In this document: positions 51,801-64,000 of the stretch, one piece after another
Layout of the letters: every line of letters begins with the position of its first letter
Position numbering within the stretch: the stretch's first letter is position 1
DNA from: Eledone cirrhosa
Lineage: Eukaryota
NCBI GenBank assembly: GCA_964016885.1
Contig: CAXHJY010000489.1
Span: forward strand, 128,298-192,297
Direction: 5' to 3'
Length of the DNA stretch: 64,000 nucleotides
Program-made: the position numbers and the translations under genes
Notes under the pieces: generated by a model
Told to the model about the DNA's origin: nothing
The model's database searches: none
Seen by the model: only the letters and a program-made list of their open reading frames with translations

Positions 51801-53900
51801 TGGTCCTCAGTAGTCTGTTAGGCAGTGTCACCTTAGCTGAGAAGTGAAAATACACCTCTGGTCCTCAGTAGTCTGTTAGTTAGTGTTACCTTGGCTGAGA
51901 AGTGAAAACACACCTCTTGTCTTCAGTAGTCTGTTAGGCAGTGTCACCTTAGCTGAGAAGTGAAAACACACCTCTTGTCTTCAGTAGTCTGTTAGGCAGT
52001 GTCACCTTAGCTGAGAAGTGAAAACACACCTCTTGTCTTCAGTAGTCTGTTAGGCAGTGTCACCTTAGCTGAGAAGTGAAAACACACCTCTTGTCTTCAG
52101 TAGTCTGTTAGGCAGTGTTACCTTAGCTGAGAAGTGAAAACACACCTCTTGTCTTCAGTAGTCTGTTAGGCAGTGTCACCTTAGCTGAGAAGTGAAAACA
52201 CACCTCTGGTCCTCAGTAGTCTGTTAGGCAGTGTTACCTTAGCTGAGAAGTGAAAACACACCTCTTGTCTTCAGTAGTCTGTTAGGCAGTGTCACCTTAG
52301 CTGAGAAGTGAAAACACACCTCTGATCCTCAGTAGTCTGTTAGGCAGTGTTACCTTAGCTGAGAAGTGAAAACACACCTCTTGTCTTCAGTAGTCTGTTA
52401 GGCAGTGTTACCTTAGCTGAGAAGTGAAAACACACCTCTTGTCTTCAGTAGTCTGTTAGGCAGTGTCACCTTAGCTGAGAAGTGAAAACACACCTCTGGT
52501 CCTCAGTAGTCTGTTAGGCAGTGTCACCTTAGCTGAGAAGTGAAAACACACCTCTGGTCCTCAGTAGTCTGTTAGGCAGTGTCACCTTAGCTGAGAAGTG
52601 AAAACACACCTCTGGTCCTCAGTAGTCTGTTAGGCTGTGTTACCTTAGCTGAGAAGTGAAAACACACCTCTTGTCTTCAGTAGTCTGTTAGGCAGTGTTA
52701 CCTTAGCTGAGAAGTGAAAACACACCTCTTGTCTTCAGTAGTCTGTTAGGCAGTGTCACCTTAGCTGAGAAGTGAAAACACACCTCTGGTCCTCAGTAGT
52801 CTGTTAGGCAGTGTTACCTTAGCTGAGAAGTGAAAACACACCTCTTGTCTTCAGTAGTCTGTTAGGCAGTGTTACCTTAGCTGAGAAGTGAAAACACACC
52901 TCTTGTCTTCAGTAGTCTGTTAGGCAGTGTCACCTTAGCTGAGAAGTGAAAACACACCTCTGGTCCTCAGTAGTCTGTTAGGCAGTGTTACCTTAGCTGA
53001 GAAGTGAAAACACACCTCTTGTCTTCAGTAGTCTGTTAGGCAGTGTTACCTTAGCTGAGAAGTGAAAACACACCTCTTGTCTTCAGTAGTCTGTTAGGCA
53101 GTGTCACCTTAGCTGAGAAGTGAAAACACACCTCTGGTCCTCAGTAGTCTGTTAGTTATTATTACCTTAGCTGAGAAGTGAAAACACACCTCTGGTCGTC
53201 AGTAGTCTGTTAGGCAGTGTCACCTTAGCTGAGCAGTGAAACTACACTGAAGTGGGTTGATTTTAACTATATCCCGCCTACAAGTTAGTCTGTTAGGCAG
53301 TGTTACCTTAGCTGAGAAGTGAAAACACACCTCTTGTCTTCAGTAGTCTGTTAGGCAGTGTTACCTTAGCTGAGAAGTGAAAACACACCTCTTGTCTTCA
53401 GTAGTCTGTTAGGCAGTGTTACCTTAGCTGAGAAGTGAAAACACACCTCTTGTCTTCAGTAGTCTGTTAGGCAGTGTCACCTTAGCTGAGAAGTGAAAAC
53501 ACACCTCTGGTCCTCAGTAGTCTGTTAGGCAGTGTTACCTTAGCTGAGAAGTGAAAACACACCTCTTGTCTTCAGTAGTCTGTTAGGCAGTGTTACCTTA
53601 GCTGAGAAGTGAAAACACACCTCTGGTCCTCAGTAGTCTGTTAGGCAGTGTCACCTTAGCTGAGAAGTGAAAACACACCTCTGGTCCTCAGTAGTCTGTT
53701 AGTTAGTGTTACCTTAGCTGAGAAGTGAAAACACACCTCTGGTCGTCAGTAGTCTGTTAGGCAGTGTCACCTTAGCTGAGAAGTGAAAACACACCTCTGA
53801 TCCTCAGTAGTCTGTTAGGCAGTGTTACCTTAGCTAAGAAGTGAAAACACACCTCTGGTCGTCAGTAGTCTGTTAGGCAGTGTCACCTTAGCTGAGCAGT
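42828..53900. repeat. 58-bp satellite array, ~11 kb, ~190 units (tagtctgttaggcagtgttaccttagctgagaagtgaaaacacacctctggtcctcag)
   Basis: The register shifts 2 nt per 60-nt line. Homogeneous, with higher-order structure and three internal 49-bp interruptions. Confidence 0.98.
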
Positions 53901-54209
53901 GAAACTACACTGAAGTGGGTTCATTTTAACTATATCCCACCTACAAGTTTATTTTATTTAAACCTTTATTCTGCTACAATAGTAAGATCTGGAATATTTT
54001 ATGTATACACTAAAACACTGTGTTCTTGCGCAAGATGCTTAAGTCCCCATTTCTATTCATGATAGAACTGAGGCTCCTATCATTAAAACACATCAGAAAA
54101 GTCTTATTAGATACAACTTCAATGGCAGCCAGTCATATCATATTGTTGCTGTTACAACAATATGAATTGACTGGGGCCCCTATTATTAAAATACCCAAGA
54201 AGGGTGCTG

Positions 54210-54570
54210 TATTGGCAGCATCAGTAGAGTGTCCAACACCATGCTTTGCATCATATAATTACGTCCCTTTACACTCTGAGTTCAAATCCTGCCAATGTTA
54301 GCTTTCTCCTTCGATAAAATAAAGTACCAGTAATGCACTGGGGTCAATTTAATCGACTTTCCTCTCCCCCAAATTTGTTGGCCTTGTGCCTAAATCATGT
54401 AACTGATTGGCAGTATCGATAGAGGGTCGGACACCATGCTGTGACGCATAGAGTTACGGCCCAAGTTCAAATCCCACCGAGGTTAACTTTGCCTTTCATC
54501 CTTACGGGGTCAATAAAATAAAGTACCAGTAATGTACTGCTAGCCTTGAGCCAAAAGCAGAAACAATTAT
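54210..54570 (+). mobile_element. Two tandem tRNA-derived SINE copies within a degenerate ~110-bp tandem repeat
   Basis: Same family as 9521-9712. attattaaaatacccaagaa occurs on both sides. Confidence 0.75.
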
Positions 54571-54985
54571 TAAAATACCCAAGAAATCTATAAGATACAA
54601 ACTTATAGGAGACCAGCTAAATTTGCATGTATGAGCTGTAACAGTAACATGATAGGATTGAGACCCCTATTATTAAAATGCCCCACAAAAGACCCTATCA
54701 AATACTGCCTTGAATGAGGCCTGTTAAATCTATATAGTTGTGATCTGTAACAACAACATGATAGATATGGCCTCCTATCATTAAAATACATGAGAAATCT
54801 CTTATGAGAAACAGATTCATAGGAAGTTGACTAAACCTGAATAGGTGTGAGCTGTAACAGCAACATGATAGGGAGTGGGGCCTCTATCATTAAAACACTT
54901 GAGAAACTTCCAATGAGATATAGGAGGCCAACTAAATCTATAAAGATGTGAGATGTAAATTTCATTTCATTTTTGTACATTTATA

Positions 54986-55620
54986 TCATCATCATCATCA
55001 TCATTTTACGTCCGCTTTTCCCTGTTTGCAAGAGTGGGATGGGAACTGATTCTGGCTTGATTTCTACAGCTGGATGCCCTTCCTAACACCAACCTCATTT
55101 ACAGTGAGTGCTGGGTGCTTTTTTGCCGTGGCCTTTCCATGACCACTTTACAGTGGAATGATAGGGACCCTAGTCCCTATTATCTCATTTCTACAGCTGA
55201 GTAAACTGGAGCAATGTGAAATAAAGTGTCTTGCTCAAGGAAACAACACATCACCCGGTCTGAGAATTGAACTCACAACCTTTCGATTGCAAAGCCAATG
55301 CTCTGACCACTAAGCCATGTGCCTCCATATACGCCCTTCCTAATACCAACCTCATTTACAGTGAGTGCTGGGTGCTTTTTTTCCGTGGCACCTACACATC
55401 CACTTTACAGTGTGGGCTGGGTGCTTTTTTGCCGTGGCCCCTCCACGACCACTTTACAGTGGAATGATAATGATCCCAGTCCCTATCATCTCATTTCTAC
55501 AGCTGAGTAAACTGGAGCAATGTGAAATAAAGTGTAAGGAAGCAACACATCACCCGGTCTGAGAATTGAACTCACAACCTTTCGATTGCAAGGCCAATGC
55601 TCTAACCACTAAGCCATGGG
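54986..55620 (-). mobile_element. Dimeric tRNA-derived SINE with 48-bp modules and an RTE family-A 3' tail
   Basis: Two heads catggcttagtggt(t/c)agagc..gagttcaattctc. The tail cttgcaaacagggaaaagcggacgtaaaatgatgat matches the RTE-A end at 40840-40900. Confidence 0.82.
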
Positions 55621-56474
55621 ATAACAAGTTATCATTTTAGGTAATCCAGTTAGAGGTTGTGAGTACTCTGTACTAAGGATAGTTTTAACATACGGTGTTG
55701 TTTGACTCAACAAGAAGTTTCCTTAGTTGGGTAGCGAATTTGCGAGAATTCCCAGGTTTTTCCGATGATTTGATCAGAGATGCACACTGTATTTAAGGTC
55801 GAGTGACGCAACTTCAAGTGATTAGCGGGTTTTAGACTCACCTGATTAATGAAACAATTGTTAATACTGTAAATAAAACCCTTTTTGTACAGCCGACCAT
55901 GTTATTCTTCACTCTTTCACTATATATATATATATATATAGTTATGTTCATACCTTCAGTGTAGAGTGCAGGCAGATTTTTGACATGAATGGGTGGCAGG
56001 ATAGGTATGGTGTATGTGGGTGGGGTGTGGGGTGTGTGTGTGTGTGTGGGGGGGGATAAGTGTGTCTTATAGAGCAAAAAATATGGTATGTATATATATA
56101 TTTTAGCTTCTTGTCCAAATTTGGTGTCTGTTTTAGTGTATGTGTTTTAACTGCAAATAAACGAAACAAAATCTAAAGAAACTACATAAAACTACATAGA
56201 GCTTTATAAGAGAGCCTGGAGTACTTATAAGCTATCCTTAATAAGATAACATCATTCCATTGCTGTTCCTAATAAATATTTGTAGAACTTTACAAGCGTG
56301 CAAGAATATAGTTTTAAGTAAGATAATATGCACTTGCTCTTCATTATCTGTAAAATTACACCCGTCAAATGCATACGTGCGAAATAAAGGTTCTCTGATT
56401 AGCTTTGCTTCATTATACGATTCAGTGTCTTCCTCTAACACTTTCTATTTCTTTACTTTATTATTTTATATCGT

Positions 56475-56503
56475 ACATGTGTACATGTGTATGTGTCTAC
56501 ATG

Positions 56504-56554
<51 letters not shown>

Positions 56555-57110
56555 ATATAAGTGTAGTGTGGGTGCATGTGTGTATAAGTACCTGTGTGTG
56601 TGTGTGCATATAAGCCTTGTGTGGGTGTGTGTGTGTATAAGTGTGTGTGTGCATATAAGTGTTGTGTGGGTGTGTGGGTGTATAAGTGTGTGTGTGTGTA
56701 TATAAGTGTTGTGTGGGTGTGTGAGTGTATAAGTGTGTGTGTGTGCATATAAGTGTTGTGTGGGTGTGTGTGTGTGCATGCATGTGTGTGTGCATATAAG
56801 AGTTGTGTGTATGTGTGTGCATGTGCATATAAGAGTTGTGTGTATGTGTGTGCATGTGCATATAAGTGTTGCTTGTGTGTGTGTATGCAGGTGTGTGTGC
56901 ATATAAATGTTGTGTGTGTGTGTGTGTATGCACGTGTGTGTGCATATAAGTGTTGTGTGTATGTGATTATATATTTGCTTGTATATGTATGTTTAAGTAT
57001 ACCAGAATTCATATTTTCATGTCTGTGAGTAGAATTGCTTATTTCATTATTGTTCACTGTGTATGTATATAAGTATATATATAAATATATACACACACAC
57101 ATATATATAT

Positions 57111-57160
<50 letters not shown>
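56475..57160. repeat. TG-rich minisatellite (gcatataagtgttgtgtgggtgtgtgtgt-like) and microsatellites
   Basis: Directly visible. Confidence 0.9.
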
Positions 57161-57164
<4 letters not shown>

Positions 57165-57290
57165 AGTATATGTTGGTTGTTTACCGACACCTCAGTATGC
57201 AGATTGGAGCACTCAACGTAGTACGCAGGTTGGTTTGTTTACTCCAGAGTAATGTAAAATAATTAAGTCAAATATGTAAAATTTTGATTC

Positions 57291-57619
57291 GTTTATTATA
57301 AATTATAGATATACTGCTATATATATTTCGGTGACAGCCATCATTGGCTGTGACCTTTTCAGGCAATCCGAATTGGTGTGGGAAAGACAGGTACACATGT
57401 TATTCTTCTAAGGAACTGGAATCATATGATTCCAGTTCCTCAGAAGAATAACAACACAACCAGGAGCTGGACATATAGATGTATTGACTGAGTAAAACAC
57501 ACTTCAACAATATGTGTACCTGTCTTTCCCACACCAATTCGGACTGCCTGAAGAGGTCACAGCCAATGATGGCTGTCACCGAAATATATATAGCAGTATA
57601 TCTATAATTTATAATAAAC
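57291..57619. mobile_element. Inverted pair of PLE-type pseudo-LTRs (~110-bp arms, ~105-bp spacer), each containing an HHR
   Basis: 57291-57402 is the reverse complement of 57509-57619. Confidence 0.85.
57543..57597 (+). ncRNA. Type-I hammerhead ribozyme motif
   Basis: actgc-CTGAAGA-ggt c acagcca atga tggctgt c acc-GAAA-tatata-TA-gcagt. The inverted copy at 57313-57367 has a broken CTGAAAA core. Confidence 0.85.
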
Positions 57620-57669
57620 AAGGCCAAATTATTTCATATATATATATATATATATATATCATATATATC

Positions 57670-58980
57670 ATTGTTTTTACGTCCACTTTTCCACATGTGC
57701 ATGGGTTGGACAGCACCTTCTCAGCATGGCATCTCTTTACTTGCTGCGTTCCTTTGTAAGTCTCAGTGATTTGAGGTCAATTCTCACTACCTCTGCCCAG
57801 GTCTGTCTTAATTGTCCTCTACTGAGGCTTCCTTCCACTGGCATTTCCTGGCACTTCTTCACTGGTCACATGTCTGTACCAATGCAGTTTTCTCTCCTAC
57901 ATATTACCTCAGATTCCTCTTAAACTCAGCTTCTCCTTCAACTCATCCAAGCTCTGCCTCTCTCTCACACATTGTACATACAATTGAACTTAGTTGTTTC
58001 GTTTCTCTCCAGTCTACGCATATCCTCCACAGTCACAGCCCAACTTTTACTACCATGCAGCATTGCCCTTTGCACACAGGCGTCCTTTTATATGTAGGGA
58101 GAAAACTTTTGTAGTCAACAGTGGAAGTAGCTCCCTGAATTTTTCCATCTTATCCTTATTCTAGCTATTATATTCTCCGAGCACCCTCATTCATTGCTAA
58201 TTACATTGCATAGATAGCAGAAGCTATCAACTACTTCTATGGGTCCTTCCTATTACTGCAATAGGGTAACACCACTGGTTATCTTCACCTCAGTTACCCT
58301 TGTGCATCTACATACAAAGTCTTTCCTTCCTGTTAGTCTACCCATTATCCTACTACATTCCTCGTGTACCCAAGATTTACATTGTGCCTATTGTATGGAG
58401 TTTGTGCCTACTCCCTTTCTATATAGTGAACAGGGCCACTTCCCAGAAGAAATCTTCTCTCCTACTCACTAACACTTTAGTTTTGGCTAAGTTTACTCTC
58501 AGGCCTTTTGATTCTAAATTTGATTTCCAATCTTGACACTTATGTTCTAGGTGTTTAATGGATTCAGCTATAAGGACCAGATCATCTGCATAGAGAAGTT
58601 ACCATGGGTAGCAGGTCTTAAACTCCTCTGTTATAGCCTGGAGGACTTTAATGAATAGTAGTGGGCTAAGAACCAAACCGTGATGAATTTCTACCTGTAC
58701 CTTGAAATCCTCACTAAACTCACTTCCTACTCTCACTTTACTGACAGCTCCGCTGTAGATAGCTTGCACTGCTCTTACAAGCCATTCTTCTACACCTAAT
58801 TTCCTTAAGGACCACCAGATAGTAGATTGGGGTACTCTGTCAAACACTTTTTCTATGTCAACAAAAGCTAGGTATAGTGGCTTATTTTTGGCTAAGAACT
58901 TCTCTTGTAGTTGCCTCACTAAAACGAGGGTGTCTGTAGTATTTCCCCAGGCATGAAATCAAACTGCATCTCGGCTAAAT
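57670..58980 (-). mobile_element. Old, decayed RTE LINE 3' half
   Basis: RQLQEKFLAKNKPLYLAFVDIEKVFDRV..LSPLLF, a PHD remnant and the tail gtggacgtaaaa. Confidence 0.88.
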
Positions 58981-59490
58981 AGTTTTTATTAGTAAAAGCT
59001 GATTCTGCTTAAAAAATAAATTGTATTATTAGAAAATTTATCTGAGATGAAACTTTTATGTAAGTTATATATGTACTACAATAGTATGTGATTTAGTGGC
59101 TAAGGTGTTGTAGCTCATGGGTTCCTGTACAGGTTCATGTCATGTCTTGGAGAAAGACACTTTATTTCACTTGACTTCAATCCATTCTGCTAAAATGAGT
59201 TGTATCTGTAATTTAAAGGGCCACCATGGAATCTCCCTGAGAACTACTATAAAGGGTACTCTTTGTGTCTGTAGAATGCTCAGCCACTTGCACATTAATT
59301 TTACAAGCAGGCAGTTCTACTGTTTGAAAAATTGGATCACTTGTCAGTTTTGATGAAAGTTCAAACTAATCACCACCATCACCACCATCACCACCATCAC
59401 CACCACCACCACCATCACCACCATCACCACTACCACTATCACCACTATCACCACTATCACCACCACCACCACCACCACCATCATCATCAT

Positions 59491-61412
59491 CACCATGTTG
59501 CACCACATGTCTTCTGCACTTACTACCCATGTTTCACTACCATGTAGCACCACATGTCTTCTGCAGTCGCTGCCCATGTTTCTCTACCATGTAGCACCAC
59601 ATGTCTTCTGCAGTCACTACTATTGTTTCACTACCATGTAGCACCACACATCTTCTGCAGTCAATACCCATGTTTCACTACCATGTAGCACCACATGTCT
59701 TCTGCAGTCACTGCCCATGTTTCTCTACCATGTAGCACCACACATCTGTTGCAGTCACTACCCATGTTTCTCTACCATGTAGCACCACACATCTTTTGCA
59801 GTCACTACCCATGTTTCACTACCATGTAGCACCACATGTCTTCTGCACTTACTACCCATGTTTCACTACCATGTAGCCCCACATGTCTTCTGCAGTCACT
59901 ACCCATGTTTCACTACCATCTAGCACCACATGTCTTCTGCAGTCACTACCCATGTTTCACTACCATCTAGCACCACATGTCTTCTGCAGTCACTACCCAT
60001 GTTTCACTACCATCTAGCACCACATGTCTTCTGCACTTACTACCCATGTTTCACTACCATCTAGCACCACATGTCTTCTGCACTTACTACCCATGTTTCA
60101 CTACCATCTAGCACCACATGTCTTCTGCACTTACTACCCATGTTTCACTACCATCTAGCACCACATGTCTTCTGCAGTCACTACCCATGTTTCACTACCA
60201 TCTAGCACCACATGTCTTCTGCACTTACTACCCATGTTTCACTACCATCTAGCACCACATGTCTTCTGCAGTCACTACCCATGTTTCACTACCATCTAGC
60301 ACCACATGTCTTCTGCACTTACTACCCATGTTTCACTACCATCTAGCACCACATGTCTTCTGCACTTACTACCCATGTTTCACTACCATCTAGCACCACA
60401 TGTCTTCTGCACTTACTACCCATGTTTCACTACCATCTAGCACCACATGTCTTCTGCACTTACTACCCATGTTTCACTACCATCTAGCACCACATGTCTT
60501 CTGCACTTACTACCCATGTTTCACTACCATCTAGCACCACATGTCTTCTGCACTTACTACCCATGTTTCACTACCATCTAGCACCACATGTCTTCTGCAG
60601 TCACTACCCATGTTTCACTACCATCTAGCACCACATGTCTTCTGCAGTCACTACCCATGTTTCACTACCATCTAGCACCACATGTCTTCTGCACTTACTA
60701 CCCATGTTTCACTACCATCTAGCACCACATGTCTTCTGCACTTACTACCCATGTTTCACTACCATCTAGCACCACATGTCTTCTGCACTTACTACCCATG
60801 TTTCACTACCATCTAGCACCACATGTCTTCTGCAGTCACTACCCATGTTTCACTACCATCTAGCACCACATGTCTTCTGCACTTACTACCCATGTTTCAC
60901 TACCATCTAGCACCACATGTCTTCTGCACTTACTACCCATGTTTCACTACCATCTAGCACCACATGTCTTCTGCAGTCACTACCCATGTTTCACTACCAT
61001 CTAGCACCATATGTCTTCTGCACTTACTACCCATGTTTCACTACCATCTAGCACCACATGTCTTCTGCACTTACTACCCATGTTTCACTACCATCTAGCA
61101 CCACATGTCTTCTGCACTTACTACCTATGTTTCACTACCATCTAGCACCACATGTCTTCTGCACTTACTACCCATGTTTCACTACCATCTAGCACCACAT
61201 GTCTTCTGCACTTACTACCCATGTTTCACTACCATCTAGCACCACATGTCTTCTGCACTTACTACCCATGTTTCACTACCATCTAGCACCACATGTCTTC
61301 TGCACTTACTACCCATGTTTCACTACCATCTAGCACCACATGTCTTCTGCACTTACTACCCATGTTTCACTACCATGTAGCACCACATGTCTTCTGCAGT
61401 CACTACCCATGC
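59491..61412. repeat. 47-bp satellite (~41 units) derived from the RTE LHGSETW..AEDM coding segment
   Basis: Unit accatctagcaccacatgtcttctgcacttactacccatgtttcact. The minus strand translates VLHGSETWVVSAEDM. Confidence 0.93.
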
Positions 61413-61497
61413 TGTACTTTTACCTTTGTTACACGTACATTGACACAACTATGTGTTAATTTATCCTGGGACTTACGTGAATATACTTCAGGCATGT

Positions 61498-61615
61498 CTG
61501 AGTTCAAATCCCGCCGAGGTTAACTTTGCCTTTCATCCTTACAGGGTCGATAAAATAAAGTACCAGTAATACACTGGGATAATTGCGGGCCTTGTGCCAA
61601 AAGTAGAAACAATTA
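61498..61615 (+). mobile_element. tRNA-derived SINE 3' half
   Basis: ctgagttcaaatcccgccgaggttaactttgcctttcatcc... Confidence 0.8.
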
Positions 61616-61760
61616 TGTATTATGTACATAAGTATGTACATTATGTACATTATGTATTATGTACATAAGTACATTAGTACATGTATATACATATATATCA
61701 GTATATATTAGTATATGCATATGTGTGTGTGTGTATATGTATGTATATATTCATATATAT

Positions 61761-61852
<92 letters not shown>

Positions 61853-61876
61853 TATATATTAGTATATGCATGTGTG

Positions 61877-61946
<70 letters not shown>

Positions 61947-61950
61947 CGTC

Positions 61951-61984
<34 letters not shown>

Positions 61985-62529
61985 TATATCAGTATATATT
62001 AGTGTCTACATACCAGTATATATTACTATATGCATGTATATATTGGTTGTTTTGTTTGTTTTACATAACTGTTCAGAGTACTATTTAATTTTTTTTTATT
62101 TTTATACATCTTTATTTATATATTTATGTGTTTATATTTGTTGTTTTGATGTAATATTTTCACGCATGTCAAACTCTGGTGCAAGATGGTGGTTGAGTGG
62201 GGAGGTGAAATAGTTATACTACAAGAGATATTTGTAAAATATACCGCTGCACTTTGTATCAAGTATCTAGTTCTTTTTTTTGTGTCTCCTGATTGTAAAG
62301 ATGTTAGTAAAACAAATATGTATAGAAGTATTCTATTGCAAAAATACAAAATAGCAAAATAAGAAATGATAAAATGAAGATAAATTGTTTCTGACAAAAT
62401 GTGTAAAACTTAATTGTAAATGTGCCAACGTGGGAACATCTACATGATCGATTGACCTACTAGAAATAACAGCTAAATCTCTCTCTCATATCACACCCTG
62501 CATCATCATCATCATTGTCATCATCCATC

Positions 62530-63158
62530 ATCAACCTCATCATCATCATTTAACGTCTATTTTCCATGCTAGCATGGGTTAGACGGGTTGTCCCATTTGA
62601 GGCTAGTCAGTTCAGGTGGCTGTGTCTGTGTCTTGCTCATATAAAACTGGTTCTGGTTTGGTTTCTACATCTGGATGCCCTTCCTAACACCAACCACATT
62701 TACAGTGTGTGTAGGGTGCTTTTTATCATGTCACCTAATGATCACTTTACAATGTGTACTGGACAATTTTTATTGTGACACCTAGACGACCACTTTACAA
62801 TGTGTACTGGGCAATTTTTATTGTGACACCTAGACGACCACTTTATAGTGTGAACTGGGCACTTATTATTGTGACACCTAGACGACCACTTTATTGTGTG
62901 AACTGGGCACTTTTTATTGTGACACCTAGACGTCCACTTTATAGTGTGGACTGGGCATTTTTTATCGAGGCACCTAGATGACCACTTTATAGTGTGGACT
63001 GGGTGCTTTTTATTGTGACACCTAGACATCCACTTTATAATGTGGACTGGGCATTTTTTATCGAGGCACCTAGACGACCACTTTATAGTGTGGACTGGGT
63101 GCTTTTTATCGAGGCACCTAGATGACCACTTTATAGTGTGGACTGGGTGCTTTTTATC
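62530..63158 (-). mobile_element. RTE-related SINE-like element with ~9 tandem 48-bp units
   Basis: Same module as 24548-25248. Confidence 0.85.
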
Positions 63159-63359
63159 TTTACTATCTTAAAAATATAAAGGCACATTGAATAATAATGT
63201 TTTGGGTATAAAATGCTTGAACAAATATGATAGGATGGTCAGGTTTGCTAAATAATTTCAACAGGTTGATATTTTTCATCATTTAGTCAAGGATGGTGTA
63301 GTATCCTTAAGCCTTTTCAGGGACCCTGAGACTCAAGTGAAAGAGGAAATTATCTTCAA

Positions 63360-63835
63360 AACTGATACCTGGCCTGAATGTTGGCAACAGAGTGGACTCT
63401 GTATTAAACCAGATGAGGTCTAGACCCCAAGTAAGCCACAGCAATATTTGACTGAGAATACCAAGAGGCCAAAATGGGATTCCTTCGAAGGGTCTTTGGA
63501 GTAACGTTAGTCGATAAAGTGCGTAGCTCGAAGATCAGAGAGTTACTCCAGGTAGAGCTGCCACTTCTCTGAATTGAGAGATTACAGCTCTGATACTTTG
63601 GGCATGTATTTAGAATGTCAGGAAAGAATTGTTGGACAGATTTTATGGGCAGCAGACCCAGGGGTAGACCCAAACAAGATGGTTGGATAACATCCATAAG
63701 CTTGGCTGGTTTCTCTTGCGAATCCAGCCAGAACAGTTAGAAACAGTTGCTTCTGACAGGACCTGCTGGAGGGAGTGTTTGAGGACTGTGCCCCAATGAT
63801 ACTCTCAGGAATAAGTGGGCAAAGAAGAAGAAGGA
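63360..63835 (+). mobile_element. Decayed RTE-like LINE 3' fragment (further family)
   Basis: Translates in pieces as GFLRRVFGVTLVDKVRSSKIRELL..IERLQL.YFGHVFRM..RPRGRPK. Confidence 0.7.
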
Positions 63836-63846
63836 GAGCTGGAACA

Positions 63847-63956
63847 AATAATTGTTTCTACATTAGGCACAAGGCCAGCAAATCCCCAGTGTATTACTGG
63901 TACTTTATTTTATCGACCCCATAAGGATGAAAGGCAAAGTTAACCTCGGGGGATTT
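63847..63956 (-). mobile_element. tRNA-derived SINE 3' half
   Basis: Reverse complement of the 9521-9712 family core and tail. Confidence 0.8.
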
Positions 63957-64000
63957 AATGCCTGACATCCTGTCTGACAGTTGTCAGATTCTCTTACTCC

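Noticed and set aside
42828-53949. CRISPR-like array, or an HHR within the 58-bp unit (ctgagaa-gtg aaaa cac)
   Set aside because: Units are contiguous with no unique spacers, the interruptions are near-identical copies, and there are no cas genes. The unit lacks the GAAA and stems I/III needed for a hammerhead.
55545-55620. tRNA gene
   Set aside because: It has A/B boxes but no acceptor stem, and it continues into a SINE body duplicated in tandem.
59332-59547. Poly-His ORF; also the poly-Asn ORF at 37009-37245
   Set aside because: These are (CAC)n and (AAC)n microsatellites without gene context.

Overview
Eukaryotic, AT-rich and almost entirely repetitive DNA, most likely from a cephalopod or other mollusc. 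That assignment is inferred from the repeat landscape and not proven. No intact protein-coding gene is evident, and most ORFs in the track are artefacts of microsatellites, minisatellites or LINE antisense strands. The window holds at least 9 decayed RTE-clade LINE copies, with two main families (A and B) that both carry a PHD-type C4HC3 finger inside the RT C-terminal region. It also holds one CR1-clade LINE, two non-autonomous Helitrons, about 20 SINE or SINE-like copies and four satellites with 15/21, 22, 58 and 47 bp units. There are three Penelope-like element (PLE) remnants with GIY-YIG endonuclease sequence. The main unannotated signal is a dense set of minimal type-I hammerhead ribozyme (HHR) motifs: 7 with essentially complete cores and about 6 broken or degenerate ones. 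They include a U3-A8 core variant and a pair with compensatory stem changes. They sit in PLE pseudo-LTR fragments that often form fold-back inverted repeats anchored on (TA)n. Other notable items are a 47-bp satellite derived from RTE coding sequence, a tandem 48-bp pseudoknot-like module shared by the RTE 5'/3' UTRs and SINEs, higher-order structure in the 11-kb 58-bp satellite, and a few candidate minus-strand host exons. All structures were read by eye; no folding or database search was run.
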